This document shows positions 14,901-26,119 of a stretch of 64,000 nucleotides of DNA, piece after piece; position 1 is the stretch's first letter, and each line of letters begins with the position of its first letter. Where the stretch lies: positions 8,308,001 to 8,372,000 of the forward strand of contig CM035352.1 in assembly GCA_020137815.1 (NCBI GenBank). Direction: 5' to 3'. The notes beneath the pieces were generated by a model. That model was not told the origin of the DNA. It made no database searches and saw only the letters and a program-made list of their open reading frames with translations. Both the position numbers and the translations under genes were made by a program. The stretch is from Hormiphora californensis. Lineage: Eukaryota; Animalia; Ctenophora.

Positions 14901-14983
14901 GATACTATTGCAGGATCAGGAAAATCTTCGTCATCTTGTTTTGTTGGGTGCAGTACCGTGCAGAGAAGTAGTAATAAGAGCAT
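5969..14983 (-). CDS. multi-exon GPCR: signal peptide, F5/8C/fucolectin-like module, 4 kringles, multiple LDLa repeats, GRL101/LGR-like 7TM; frameshifts in TM3-ECL2 as assembled
   Basis: Signal MLLLLLLCTVL at 14983; ISICEIKIYG at ~12810-12840; kringle motifs YRGNKSETLSGRPCLNW/NCRNPG..PWC, YRGTINVTVDGTPCTNW/HNFCRNPDSDDYAWC, YRGTADNTSSGIECSNW/YCRVP, YEGVISVTENGRQCEKW/NYCRNS..AWCY; LDLa CDGIVHCDSGEDE, CDYIEDCQNSEDE, CDGRFDCTSKNDE; 7TM DFAVGIYM, IVATDFSTWVP, PINSVLNPLIY. Joining all parts into one gene is inferred. Confidence 0.75.
10714..10900. repeat. 11-bp minisatellite (ATGGATTTAYT)n, intronic
   Basis: about 17 tandem units visible. Confidence 0.95.
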
Positions 14984-15430
14984 AGATCGCACAATAACAA
15001 CAACTGTGTATCCAAACGCAGTGTAGTTTCAAAGGAAGAAGTAGCTTGTAGTTGCGGCTTTACGGAAATGTAAGCCTATCTAGTCCACCAAGATATATGC
15101 CACAACTTATTATATACTGCCTGTCTCTACTGGACTTCTAGCATATATATATCACCAATACCACCACTAATCTGGTAAACTACTTATCGTAGATGACTTT
15201 ACCTACCAATCTACCATCCTCCTTTTCTCTCGTGTGGTAATCTAAAGAGTCTTTAGCACTATCTCTGATCTGTTCTTGCTAATGGAAGCCCGAAGGCGTG
15301 GGCGGTATGGAATATTTGAAATGCGAAAATGCAGCTGTCTGAATCATAGCATAAATTGGCGTATACTTCATAAAGTGTCATTTGAAAATGCAAAGTTACG
15401 ATATAAATAACATTTTAAATGGACAATACT

Positions 15431-16462
15431 TTACTTCTCTTCATGACTTACAAATTCACAACACACTTTGTTTTTTGAAATACTTCCTACAGTAGTGCAC
15501 ATACTGGGGTTACGAGCCTTCTTGCCCGTTATTCGACCCCACATATCCCTCTGCATATCTCTACTGCGTGATATGATTACAACAGGGCACAGGAATACTG
15601 TTTATCACCGACAACGTCTTGATGAGGGTAACATCCTGAAAATCTGGTGCATCGTGTATCACATAAGTCACAGAAGAACTCAGTTGAAAAGCACACGGTA
15701 AACACGACTGTCAGTATCGCAATGGTTGTTGTGACGTGCCGGTTGTTGACGGCTGATTGGACGATTTCCGCTCCTCCCCCACATAGCAGATGGTGTCCCT
15801 GGATAACCAGTAACACTAGGGACAGGACACACGGTAGAAGGTAATACCAGGTTGACAGGGCTATATAGACCTGATTACTGATAAGAGCACCGTGTATCTG
15901 GAGGTGCATGCTCGCAGCCACATCCTTTATAACATGGTCAGCAGGGAGGATAAGGAATAACACCAAATCAGCTATAACCAGGATGATAGTTAGGGCTCAT
16001 GTGTGCGGCTAGGAGTAGAAACACAGCCCTCCGGTTGGGCCTGCCAAAGGGTCTGAGGATTTGAATTGTTCGCGTTATTGACACCGCTACGGTAACTGCT
16101 ATTGTGGTCACAATGAAGACCCCTTTGAAACTGTGCACACAAAATAGTGTAAAAATGAACTGAACTGAGTAGAAGATATCATGATGTTTCCTACCGATCA
16201 GAATAGTTGCATGCTCAACGATGAGAAGGAGGGAGAACATACAATCACATACTGCCAGCAGCTTGTACATTATGGATACGAAGTTGGAACTCTTGTGATG
16301 GTAAAATGCAACTGCAAAGTTTAAAATCAGGGAGATGGTTGCCAGGGTAACGTTGACAGGGTCAATGGTATCACAATCGTGGACGTTAACGTAATAACAG
16401 GCTGGTTCCGTATCGTTTGGACATGTAACGTTGGACGCGAACAACTCGTCCCAACTCGACAT
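15431..16462 (-). CDS. intronless rhodopsin-like 7TM receptor with ~3 frameshifts (pseudogene or assembly indels)
   Basis: LAVCD (TM2) and SITRTIQILRPF (TM3/ICL2); hydrophobic helices continue across frame changes near 15995, 15685 and 15590. Confidence 0.7.
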
Positions 16463-17056
16463 TCCTGATTTTGTTGGAGAAATCGGGGGATTATTATTTG
16501 GTGTGTCTAACACGGCCTTTGGTGAGCAACAAAATCATGTAGCTACAAGATAATAACAAATACAAATGATAACAACAAAAATAATTTGAAGAGGAAAAGG
16601 AAAAGGAACAAGAATTCTGAAATGTTACATAATATGGGTGGAAACACATTTTCAAACAGCGAGGCACAATAACTGTCTGGTCATTGTCGGCTTGTTAATT
16701 ACTTGAGGAAATGACATTGAATTAACTAGAAACAAGAGCGCTAAAATCGATCAATAGTACAGGAAATTTCTGTAATCTCTCTACATAATGTCTTCTAACT
16801 TGATAACTATTAACTCGGGGGGGGGGGGGGGATCTAACTTGATAACTGCATATAAATCAGCCGATATAAAAAACGCAAATTCGCGAATACCTTTTTGCTA
16901 CCATCTCGATAATCTGTTTTCTGTTTTTCTTTCTAACAATGCTCTAACTTAATCTTCTCTGATCTCTCATTTAGTAAACTAATCTTCTCGACAATAGACA
17001 TGTTGTTCTATTGTTTTCTAACAAAGGTCTAATCTAATCACTTCCCTCTAGCTAGA

Positions 17057-18627
17057 ATGGGAGGAGGTCTCTCTAAACGGAAAGCTAATATAATCTGCGT
17101 AGGTCTGGATAACAGTGGCAAATCAACAATTATAAACAAACTCAAAGTTGATAAGGTAATATTCATGTGATAATACATATAAATGTGAGTTGTAGTTGTA
17201 CAGTTTTAAATGGTTGTGATCTCAAGTGTGAGAAAAGCTCACTAATTAACTTAATTCGGGATCCTGTCATCCTGTCATACACAATATGAAGTTGAAATGA
17301 GCATTACGAAATTTTAAAATTTTAGGCGCCTCCCATTTTCTCTCCAGTTTGGGAGTGTTCTGCGGTAGGCATTTAGGTGCACCTAAAAAATGCATTGACG
17401 TCTGAGTGTGTTTGATAAATCTACGCAATTGAAGCAATATAAATTCTCGATTAGATTGTAAACAATTCTGATAGATTCAGTGATTTTCAAAAGTGACACT
17501 GAACCACATAATTTCTCGAACTGACACTGGCACTGGCAGTCCCGGAAGAGTGTTAACTAGTGCAGCAGCTCTCATAAATTATCCTAATTAAAAATAAAAA
17601 TAAAATTGTCAGCTTCATAGTTCATTAAGAAAACCGCACGTTTCAGGAAAAGAATCATGATATTGTACCAACTGTTGGGTTTTCAGTGGAGAGCTTCAAT
17701 GCTTCACAGTAAGTTTGTTGGAGAGGGAGAGGGAGAGGGAGAGGGAGAGTGAGAAAGAGAGAGGGAGAGAAAAATTTCGTCTTCTTTACGATAATTTGAA
17801 CTACAGGGCTAGAAAAGTAGGAGCCAGGCCAGGAGCGATAGTGAATTCAGCTTTCTGGATGGAAAGCCACGCTGTGTGGCACAGCATGATGGCACAATCT
17901 TGTAACCTCCATAGACGTAGGGCGCGCGCGCCGTCTTGTGATGAGAGTTCACCCAGGTAGCGCTGCGTGTTTCTTTTACCCGCGCTCCCCATGTGGACAG
18001 TGAGGCCAAATGTAACGAAGAACAGTGTTGTTATTTTCTCTATGAGGTTCGAGCCAAACAAGTGCCAAGACGGGCTTAGTGCATTCAATAGAGGTTAATG
18101 CTCTCCTTGTTTCAGGATTAATTTCACCGTGTTTGATATGTCAGGACAGGGCAAGTATAGGAACCTCTGGGAGGCCCATTACAAGTAAGTAGGAGTAGGG
18201 AATAAAGTAGAAAAGATGGGTCCCGAGCCCCGCTCTTGGCCCCTTCTTTCAGGTAAACCCTGTTAGTAACAATAAGGCTCAATCTTTTCTAAGATAGCAC
18301 ATACTATTTGGAGTCTAGTTTGAAGAATTTGGCTAAGAAGTAACGGAATGAGAGCCAAAACAAAGTTCCGACGTGCAAATAATATATCTCCCGTCACATG
18401 GTGGGTGGACAGTTTAAAAAAATCCAATTTACGCGTATTATAGGCCGGAAGGATAAGATACTCAAAATTAGACTTGATAAAATTACAAGCACATTTATAT
18501 AATTGGAATAAATACTGTCCCGGCATGGTAGCTATCTGTCAATGACTTCTTAGCAAATTAACATAGAGAACATTGATAGATAATATTATAAAATATTATT
18601 ATGATAGCTGGTAGAGAGACTGCGAAA

Positions 18628-18680
<53 letters not shown>

Positions 18681-18700
18681 ACAGATACTGATAGCGAGAG

Positions 18701-18740
<40 letters not shown>

Positions 18741-21700
18741 AGTTGGTCCACCTGCCACCACCTCCTATCGGTTTCCCCCGGGCAACAGGGTCACACGGAG
18801 TACCTTTTCCCCATCCCCTTTCCCCCTTGATCGATTTTCAGGTCCGTGTGGCCGTGGATAAGCGTGGCTGTGTATCAAAAATACGGAAAAAAATCATAAA
18901 ATACAAAAAACACAAAAAGATCTTCTTGGCTAGGCGGCCCACAGTGTATCATCGCCAACTACTATGTTCCTACCCCGCCTTCTCCGGCTTAGGGTTACCC
19001 GTGGAACAGGCACCTTCCAGCCACCTGTGGACCTCCAATGCCCCTTTATCCACTAACCCACTAACCCACCCTGATACTAATCTACTAACCCCCTAACCCT
19101 TTCCATTACCCTGTTCCTTAGAGGATAGTTAACCCCGTTCCAGAGGGGATAGTTTACCCCGCTCCACAGAGGATAGTTACCCTGTGGACCTCCATTGCCC
19201 CTTTATCTACTAAACCACTAACCATCCTGTTACTAATCTGCTAAACCCCTATTCCACTTCATTAATAGGGTCTCGATCCAGTTAGGGTTGTACCCGTTCA
19301 GAGAGAATAGTTTACCCCGGTCCAGAGAGGATAGTTTACCCCGTCCCAGAGAGGACAGTTTACCCCGCTTCACAGAGGATAGTAGCCCCGTTCCAGAGAG
19401 GATAGTTTACCCCGCTTCACAGAGGATAGTAGCCCCGTTCCAGAGAGGATAGTTTACCCCGGTCCAGAGAGGATAGTTTACCCCGCTTCACAGAGGATAG
19501 TTGCCCCGTTCCAGAGAGGATAGTTTACCCCGTCCCAGAGAGGATAGTTTACCCCGCTTTACAGAGGATAGTAGCCCCGTTCCAGAGAGGATAGTTTACC
19601 CCGGTCCAGAGAGGATAGTTTACCCCGCTTCACAGAGGATAGTTGCCCCGTTCCAGAGAGGATAGTTTACCCCGTTCCAGAGAGGATAGTTTACCCCGTC
19701 CCAGAGAGGATAGTTTACCCCGCTTTACAGAGGATAGTTGCCCCGTCCCAGAGAGGATAGTTTACCCCGGTCCAGAGAGGATAGTTTACCCCGCTTCACA
19801 AAGGATAGTTGCCCCGTCCCAGAGAGGATAGTCTACCCCATACCCCGTTCCTGAGAGGATAATTTACCCCGGTCCAGAGAGGATAGTTCACCCCGCTCCA
19901 CAGAGGATAGTTGCCCCGTTCCGGAGAGGGTAGTCTACCCTGTTCCTGAGAGGATAGTCTATCCCGCTCCGGAGAGGATAGTCTACCCCGCTCCAGAGAG
20001 GATAGTTTACCCCGTTCCCGTTGATTATAATGCTTCACACTGGCCCCTGTCCCAGATCCACCATATAGACATATTATATAGATACACACCCGTACGCTGA
20101 AAGTGTCGGTTCGTGCTGAAAAGCTGCAAGGATGGACGGGCAAACCATCTACTAACGGACCAAATGTGGCGGTGGGATTCCGTTACCGCTGCTCACCGGT
20201 GTCAGTGTTAAGACCCCCAAACCCGGCTCTTCTTTCAACAAACCGATGACTATGAATATACAGTGATTGGTTTGAAACTCACCCCCAAAACTTACTCATC
20301 TTATACGACATGAGTACAAACACCCGAAAACCAAGGAAGGTCTGGTCTAAGCAAGAGAACCTAGACTTGGTATACTGCTACTACCGCAGTAACCCAGGCA
20401 CATCCGGATCCTGGAAGAGGCTAGAACGCCTGTGGGAAGATAAAGGATATGACCCACTGCCAGGTAAAAAACTCGCTGGGCAGTTCAGATCTATAGAGAA
20501 ATCTGAACACATGGTAACTCCGACGGAGATGACAGATATGCAAGCCCTAGCAACTGGCCTAAACGTACTCCCGGTAGTGGACCTCACGGTTAATAGCAAC
20601 ACCGCTGGTCCCAGTACAACAACGAATGGGGACACCACCGATCCCCCACCACCACCCCCAACTAGAGCGCCACGAACGAAATGGACCACAGAAATGAACA
20701 CTACGCTCGTGTTCATCCACTGGTACTCACAACCGGAAATAAGAGGAGTGTGGAATCGAGTGGAGGAGAGATGGTTAAAGACAACCTACCCTTCCAAGAC
20801 TGATACCCAGCTCAGATCCCAAATGAATTCTATAACTCATACGGGACTACTTTCACCACAAAGGCTCATGGAAATCAGAGAAGCGGCCACATCTGAACGT
20901 GAGAACGACGACGCGGCTCGGCAGGCTGAGCCAGAGGACAATCCACCTCCAGAACCCGTTGCACCTACAACCTCAGCGGACAATGAAGAGCCAGCACCTA
21001 ACCCAGAAATCAGGGAGCAGTTTAAGAAGCTCCTTGAGGAACCGAGCGCCATCAAAGTCACTGACCTGAGGCAGGTCCCATGGGGAAAACTACGTGTGGC
21101 AATCGACCGACTTAGTCCGGTCATCAGATCGTTTGAAGTCCCAGACCTCACCACATTGAACACCCTCCTGATGGTGGTAGCCCATATTGTCCGGGAACAA
21201 ATGGGTATAAAGCCACCAAGTGAAACCACTAGCAACTCCCCCGGAAGGAACAAACAACCGATGTGGCTGCGACGACTCGAGGAGAGTGTCGCCAAACTTC
21301 GCGCAGACCTATCCAGGCTGACCGAAATGAGCAGAGGAGCCACTCAAAAGTTCCAAACTATAGACACTATCTATAGAAGATACCCGCTGCTGCCCAAAAA
21401 GGGCTATAAACAAGTAATAGAGGAGGTCAAGCAGCGGCTGCTGGCCAAGGCCGGGAAGATTAAGCGATATAAGAAGAAGCAGCAGAGGTTTAAAGACAAT
21501 AACCTATTCCAGAACAACCAACGTGATTTCTACAGGAAACTGGAGAAACGAGGATCACCCCCCACGCCACTCGAAACCACAGCGGAAGATCAAACAAGGA
21601 CCATGAACTTCTGGAAGAACATATGGGAAAACGAAACCGGCCACAACACCGAAGCAGAATGGTTAGATGGCGTCCAAGGAAACTTCGAGACGATCACCCA

Positions 21701-24359
21701 ACAAGAGGACTTCCAGATCAGCCCAGAAAGAGTTGCATCCCGAGTGAAAGGAATGACCAACTGGTCATCTCCAGGAATAGACGGGCTCCACGCCTTCTGG
21801 ATCAAACACACCACCTGCCTCCACGGAAGGATAGCTGAGCTACTCAACGGAAGCCTCACTTCAAGCCAGATCCCAGATTGGATGACTGAAGGTAGAACAT
21901 ACCTCCTGATCAAGGACCCCAAGAAGGGAATGTCCAACCCGGGGAATTTTAGACCCATTACCTGTCTTCCAAACCTCTGGAAATTGTATACAGGAATCTT
22001 ATCGGAGGATATCTACCAACACCTGGATGTAAATAGTCTCTTCCCTGAGGAGCAGAAGGGGTGCCGCAAGAAGAGTAGAGGATGTAAAGAACAGCTAGCA
22101 ATCGACAAACTAATCCTACGTCATTGCAAACGCAACAAATCCTCTCTACACATGGCCTTCATCGACTACCAAAAGGCATACGACTCCATCCCCCACTCTT
22201 GGATCCTGAAATCTATGGAGATGTGCAAGATAAACCCCCAGATAATTAGACTGTTCGAGGCATCGTTCCAACAATGTGTAGTTAATATAGTACAGTCAGG
22301 ATCATCGTTAGGTAAAGTACACATAAAGAGAGGCCTCTTCCAAGGAGACGCTATCTCTCCGATACACTTCATTATAGGACTGATCCCCCTTTCCCTACTA
22401 CTAACCGCCGAAGGAAGAGGCTACACCATATCCGAACCAGATGCACAAGAGGAAGGTGAAGATATCACCATTAACCATCGGCTCTATATGGACGACTTGA
22501 AACTGTACGCAAGTTCGAGAGGAGACCTCCAACATCTCTTGGAAATCACTGAGAAATTCAGCACCGACATCAACATGTCTTTTGGTATAGCTAAATGTGG
22601 ATCACTAGACATCGTTGACGGGGTCAGACAACACATGCAGGGAATTGAACTACCAAGTGGGAACACAATCCCGGAAGTGGAAGACGGTGGTTATAAATAC
22701 CTCGGCATCCTGGAGGTTGACGTTATCCTGCACCAAGAGATGAAGACCAAGGTTAAAACCGAATACGTCAGAAGAGTCAAAAGACTGCTATCTTCGAGCC
22801 TGCACGGCAAGAACCTTGCCACTGCAATCAACACGTGGGCGATACCAGTGATCCGCTACGGCGCTGGGATACTAGACTGGACCACTACTGATGCCAAAGG
22901 ATTAGACATGATTACTAGGAAGATCCTGAGAAGAGGTTTCCTCAAGAGTAACAGCGACATTGATCGACTGTATGTAAGCAGGAAGCTGGGAGGAAGAGGT
23001 CTCCAACGGATTGAAGACGTCATTGTGAAGGAGGAAATAGGACTTGTATCATTCTTCAGCAACTCCACAGACACTAAGATACGTGCACTTCACACAGCAA
23101 TGGTGAAAGAAGATATGCTGAACAAACCCCCAGAGAATGCAGAAGCCCTCAAAGAAAGACTGGAAGGGCAACTGATAGATAACTGGAAGGGTAAGCCACT
23201 TCATGGAAGATTTCTGAAGCAGCTAGAAGAAGGGGGTTGCGACCCTGATGCGACTTGGGCTTGGCTCAACAAGGAGAGCCTCAGCAGATACACCGAAGCC
23301 GATGTGTTTGCCGCCCAAGATCAAGCCATTCGCACAAACTGGATACAAGCTGCTATAGAAAAACAACAAGGAGTGTCCGAGAAATGCCGTATCTGCAACC
23401 AACACAATGAGTCTGTGGAGCACATCCTAAACGGGTGCCAAAAGCTTGCCAATGGAGACTATAAACTGCGTCACGATCGAGTAGCTGCTGCACTACACTG
23501 GGGAGTGTGCAGAGACCGTGGATTCCCCGCTGAGTCCAAGTGTTACAACCACTACGCAGACAAAGTGCTAGAAAACGATGACTATAAGATACTCTGGGAT
23601 TTTCTCATACAAACAGACAACCCCATTGAGGCCTGCAAGCCCGACTTAGTTCTTGTGGACAAACGGAAAAAAGAGGCACTCCTCATTGATGTTGCCGTAC
23701 CGAAAGACCGGTTAGTCTCAGACAGGGAGGTGGAGAAGATCGAGAAGTACCAAGAACTACGGAGAGAGATCACGAGAATTTGGGAGCTCAAAAAGGCCAC
23801 GGTCATTCCCATCGTGATTGGAGCTCTTGGCGGAGTTAGCCCCCGACTGGAGAAGTACTTGCAGGCTATAACCCGGCAAATCTACCCCTCACAGCTCCAA
23901 AAATCAGTCCTCTTCAACTCGATGAACACGCTCCGGAAAGTTCTCGACATGTAATCAGCCTCCGGATACCCCATGGATTGCCCCCCCCCCCCCATTTTGT
24001 AATTTCACCCGTTCCTGCTTGTTTTTAGGCTGCCTTAGATCCCGTTCCAGAAATTTGCTTCTTCGGCTCCTGATAGGTTGAATCTTCTTAGTCTCCGTTG
24101 CAGAAGGTTGGGCTTCTTTCCAGATAGTTTAGAAGGTCTTGTGCTCCGTCACCATGAGCTTTATTCCCCCTTGTTTATTTTTATCCTTACTTTACCCCAT
24201 ATGTACATTGTTCAACATACCCTTATGTACATTGTTCTACCTACCTTTACTCCGCAGGCCCTCCGGGCCCTCAGATCCAACAGGATCCGGGCTCGGGGGA
24301 TTTAACCCTGCTCTCGCACGGGGCCTTACGGCCCCGTGTGGGAGTGGTGCGTGTAGTGG

Positions 24360-24405
<46 letters not shown>

Positions 24406-24739
24406 AGAGAGAAGAGGGAGAGTTACAGATAGTAATATTGTGATCACAACCGCAAAGCCACAAGTCAAAGATTTGTTGGCCTACTACTGAATAATATACA
24501 CGGTATATGAGAGACACCCTGTTTATGCCTTTATTCCATGTGGAGACACAGCCAGTGGTATTTTGAGCACGTATACACGTGTGTGTGTCTGTTTAGAGCT
24601 GCGACGGGTTGGATGAAATTCTTAGGAGAAGTAGACCAAAGTGCAGCAGAGCTGCTTATGTGTGAAATTGTCAGCAAATATTAGCAAGAAATAACACATA
24701 CATATTCATATATTGCCTTCCTCTCCATCTCCATCTCCA

Positions 24740-24770
<31 letters not shown>

Positions 24771-24781
24771 TTCTCTCTCTC

Positions 24782-24851
<70 letters not shown>

Positions 24852-26086
24852 TCTCACGACACGTGGTACTAACTTTTGTTCAGCTGTCCAACGTCTGTAA
24901 TCTGTATACTGTATGAAACTTAGCATGGCAGTGTGATACATAAGTAACCAGCACTATCCGATGAGGTCCCGTGTATGCCATTCCAACGGGGGGGGGGGGG
25001 GGTGTGTATGCTAAACAAGCTCTAATGCTATAAACAAGCTCTAATTCCATTGATCGCGTATAGCAAAGGCTATATTATACCCTACATATAACTGATAAGT
25101 GTGTAAACACTATCTAGATGGTCCAACTCAACCTCTTATACCCTGGGAAACAACAACGATTGATCTTCCGATTCAACGGCGAAAGAGGTGTCCCTGATCT
25201 GACCGACTTCTATATTACTCTCTATTATAGTGACGTTGAGGGTGTGATAATGGTAATTGATAGTAGTGATAAGTTGAGGCTGGTAGTCGCAAAGGAGGAA
25301 CTGGACAGCTTTCTGCAACACCCAGGTAACGATAGTTAGTTTAGTTCCCATGGTAATTAGTGATGTTAACAGAGTAGTGGGAGACACTAGCGTGGTACGC
25401 GCAAAAAAATGCGCGCCACACCAATTTCGTTTTTCAAAAAACACGCAAGAAAAAGTTTTTCAGGATCGACTTTTCACGTTTTGGCTCATAACTCCTGTTC
25501 CTGACAAGATAAAGACTTCAAACCTTCGCCATTCGATGGGGCTTGAAATTCTCTTTCCAACGGTATGCAAACGATTCCTGTAGCTCACCAGGAACCGGAG
25601 ATATGATCAATTATGATAATAACCGCGTAAGTTTCTTTCGGCATTATCATAAGTGATCATATCTCCGGTTCCTGATGAGCTACAGAAATCGTTTGCATAC
25701 CGTTGGAAAGGGAATTTCAAGCCCCATCGAATGGCGAAGGTTTGAAGTCTTTATCTTATCAGGAAAAGGAGTTATGAGCCAAAACGTGAAAAGTTGAACT
25801 TGAAAAAATTATACTCGCTTACCAATTATACTCGCTCACCAGAATGCTCACAAAATTTTGTAAACCAATGTTTTCATTCCAAATGTTTTCATTCCAAATG
25901 TTTTCATTCATAATTTGTTAAAGTTTTTATATTTCCATTCATTGTATACCTTATTATTATTGTATTATTGATACGAAATCACCAGAGTCATACTAAATCA
26001 AATGATCTTATGCTACAGTTACTCCAAGAAAATTTATTGGTATTTTTCCATTGTTTCTTGCTTAAATTATTTTAGAATTCGGACTG

Positions 26087-26119
<33 letters not shown>

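Larger units (their letters stand above)
18736..24362 (+). mobile_element. full-length R4/Dong-clade RLE non-LTR retrotransposon in ARL6 intron 3
   Basis: single intact RT-RLE ORF, structured UTRs, bounded on both sides by (GA)n. Confidence 0.9.

Noticed and set aside
20381-23812. Antisense ORFs within the retrotransposon
   Set aside because: Shadow frames of the RT ORF without recognisable motifs
24681-24941. ER/SL-rich ORFs here and at 18558, 30474, 42819, 47721
   Set aside because: Translations of (GA)n/(TC)n microsatellites
25670-25692. CTGATGAG...GAAA hammerhead-like core (also ~43759)
   Set aside because: No stem II can form between the core motifs; part of a common MITE arm
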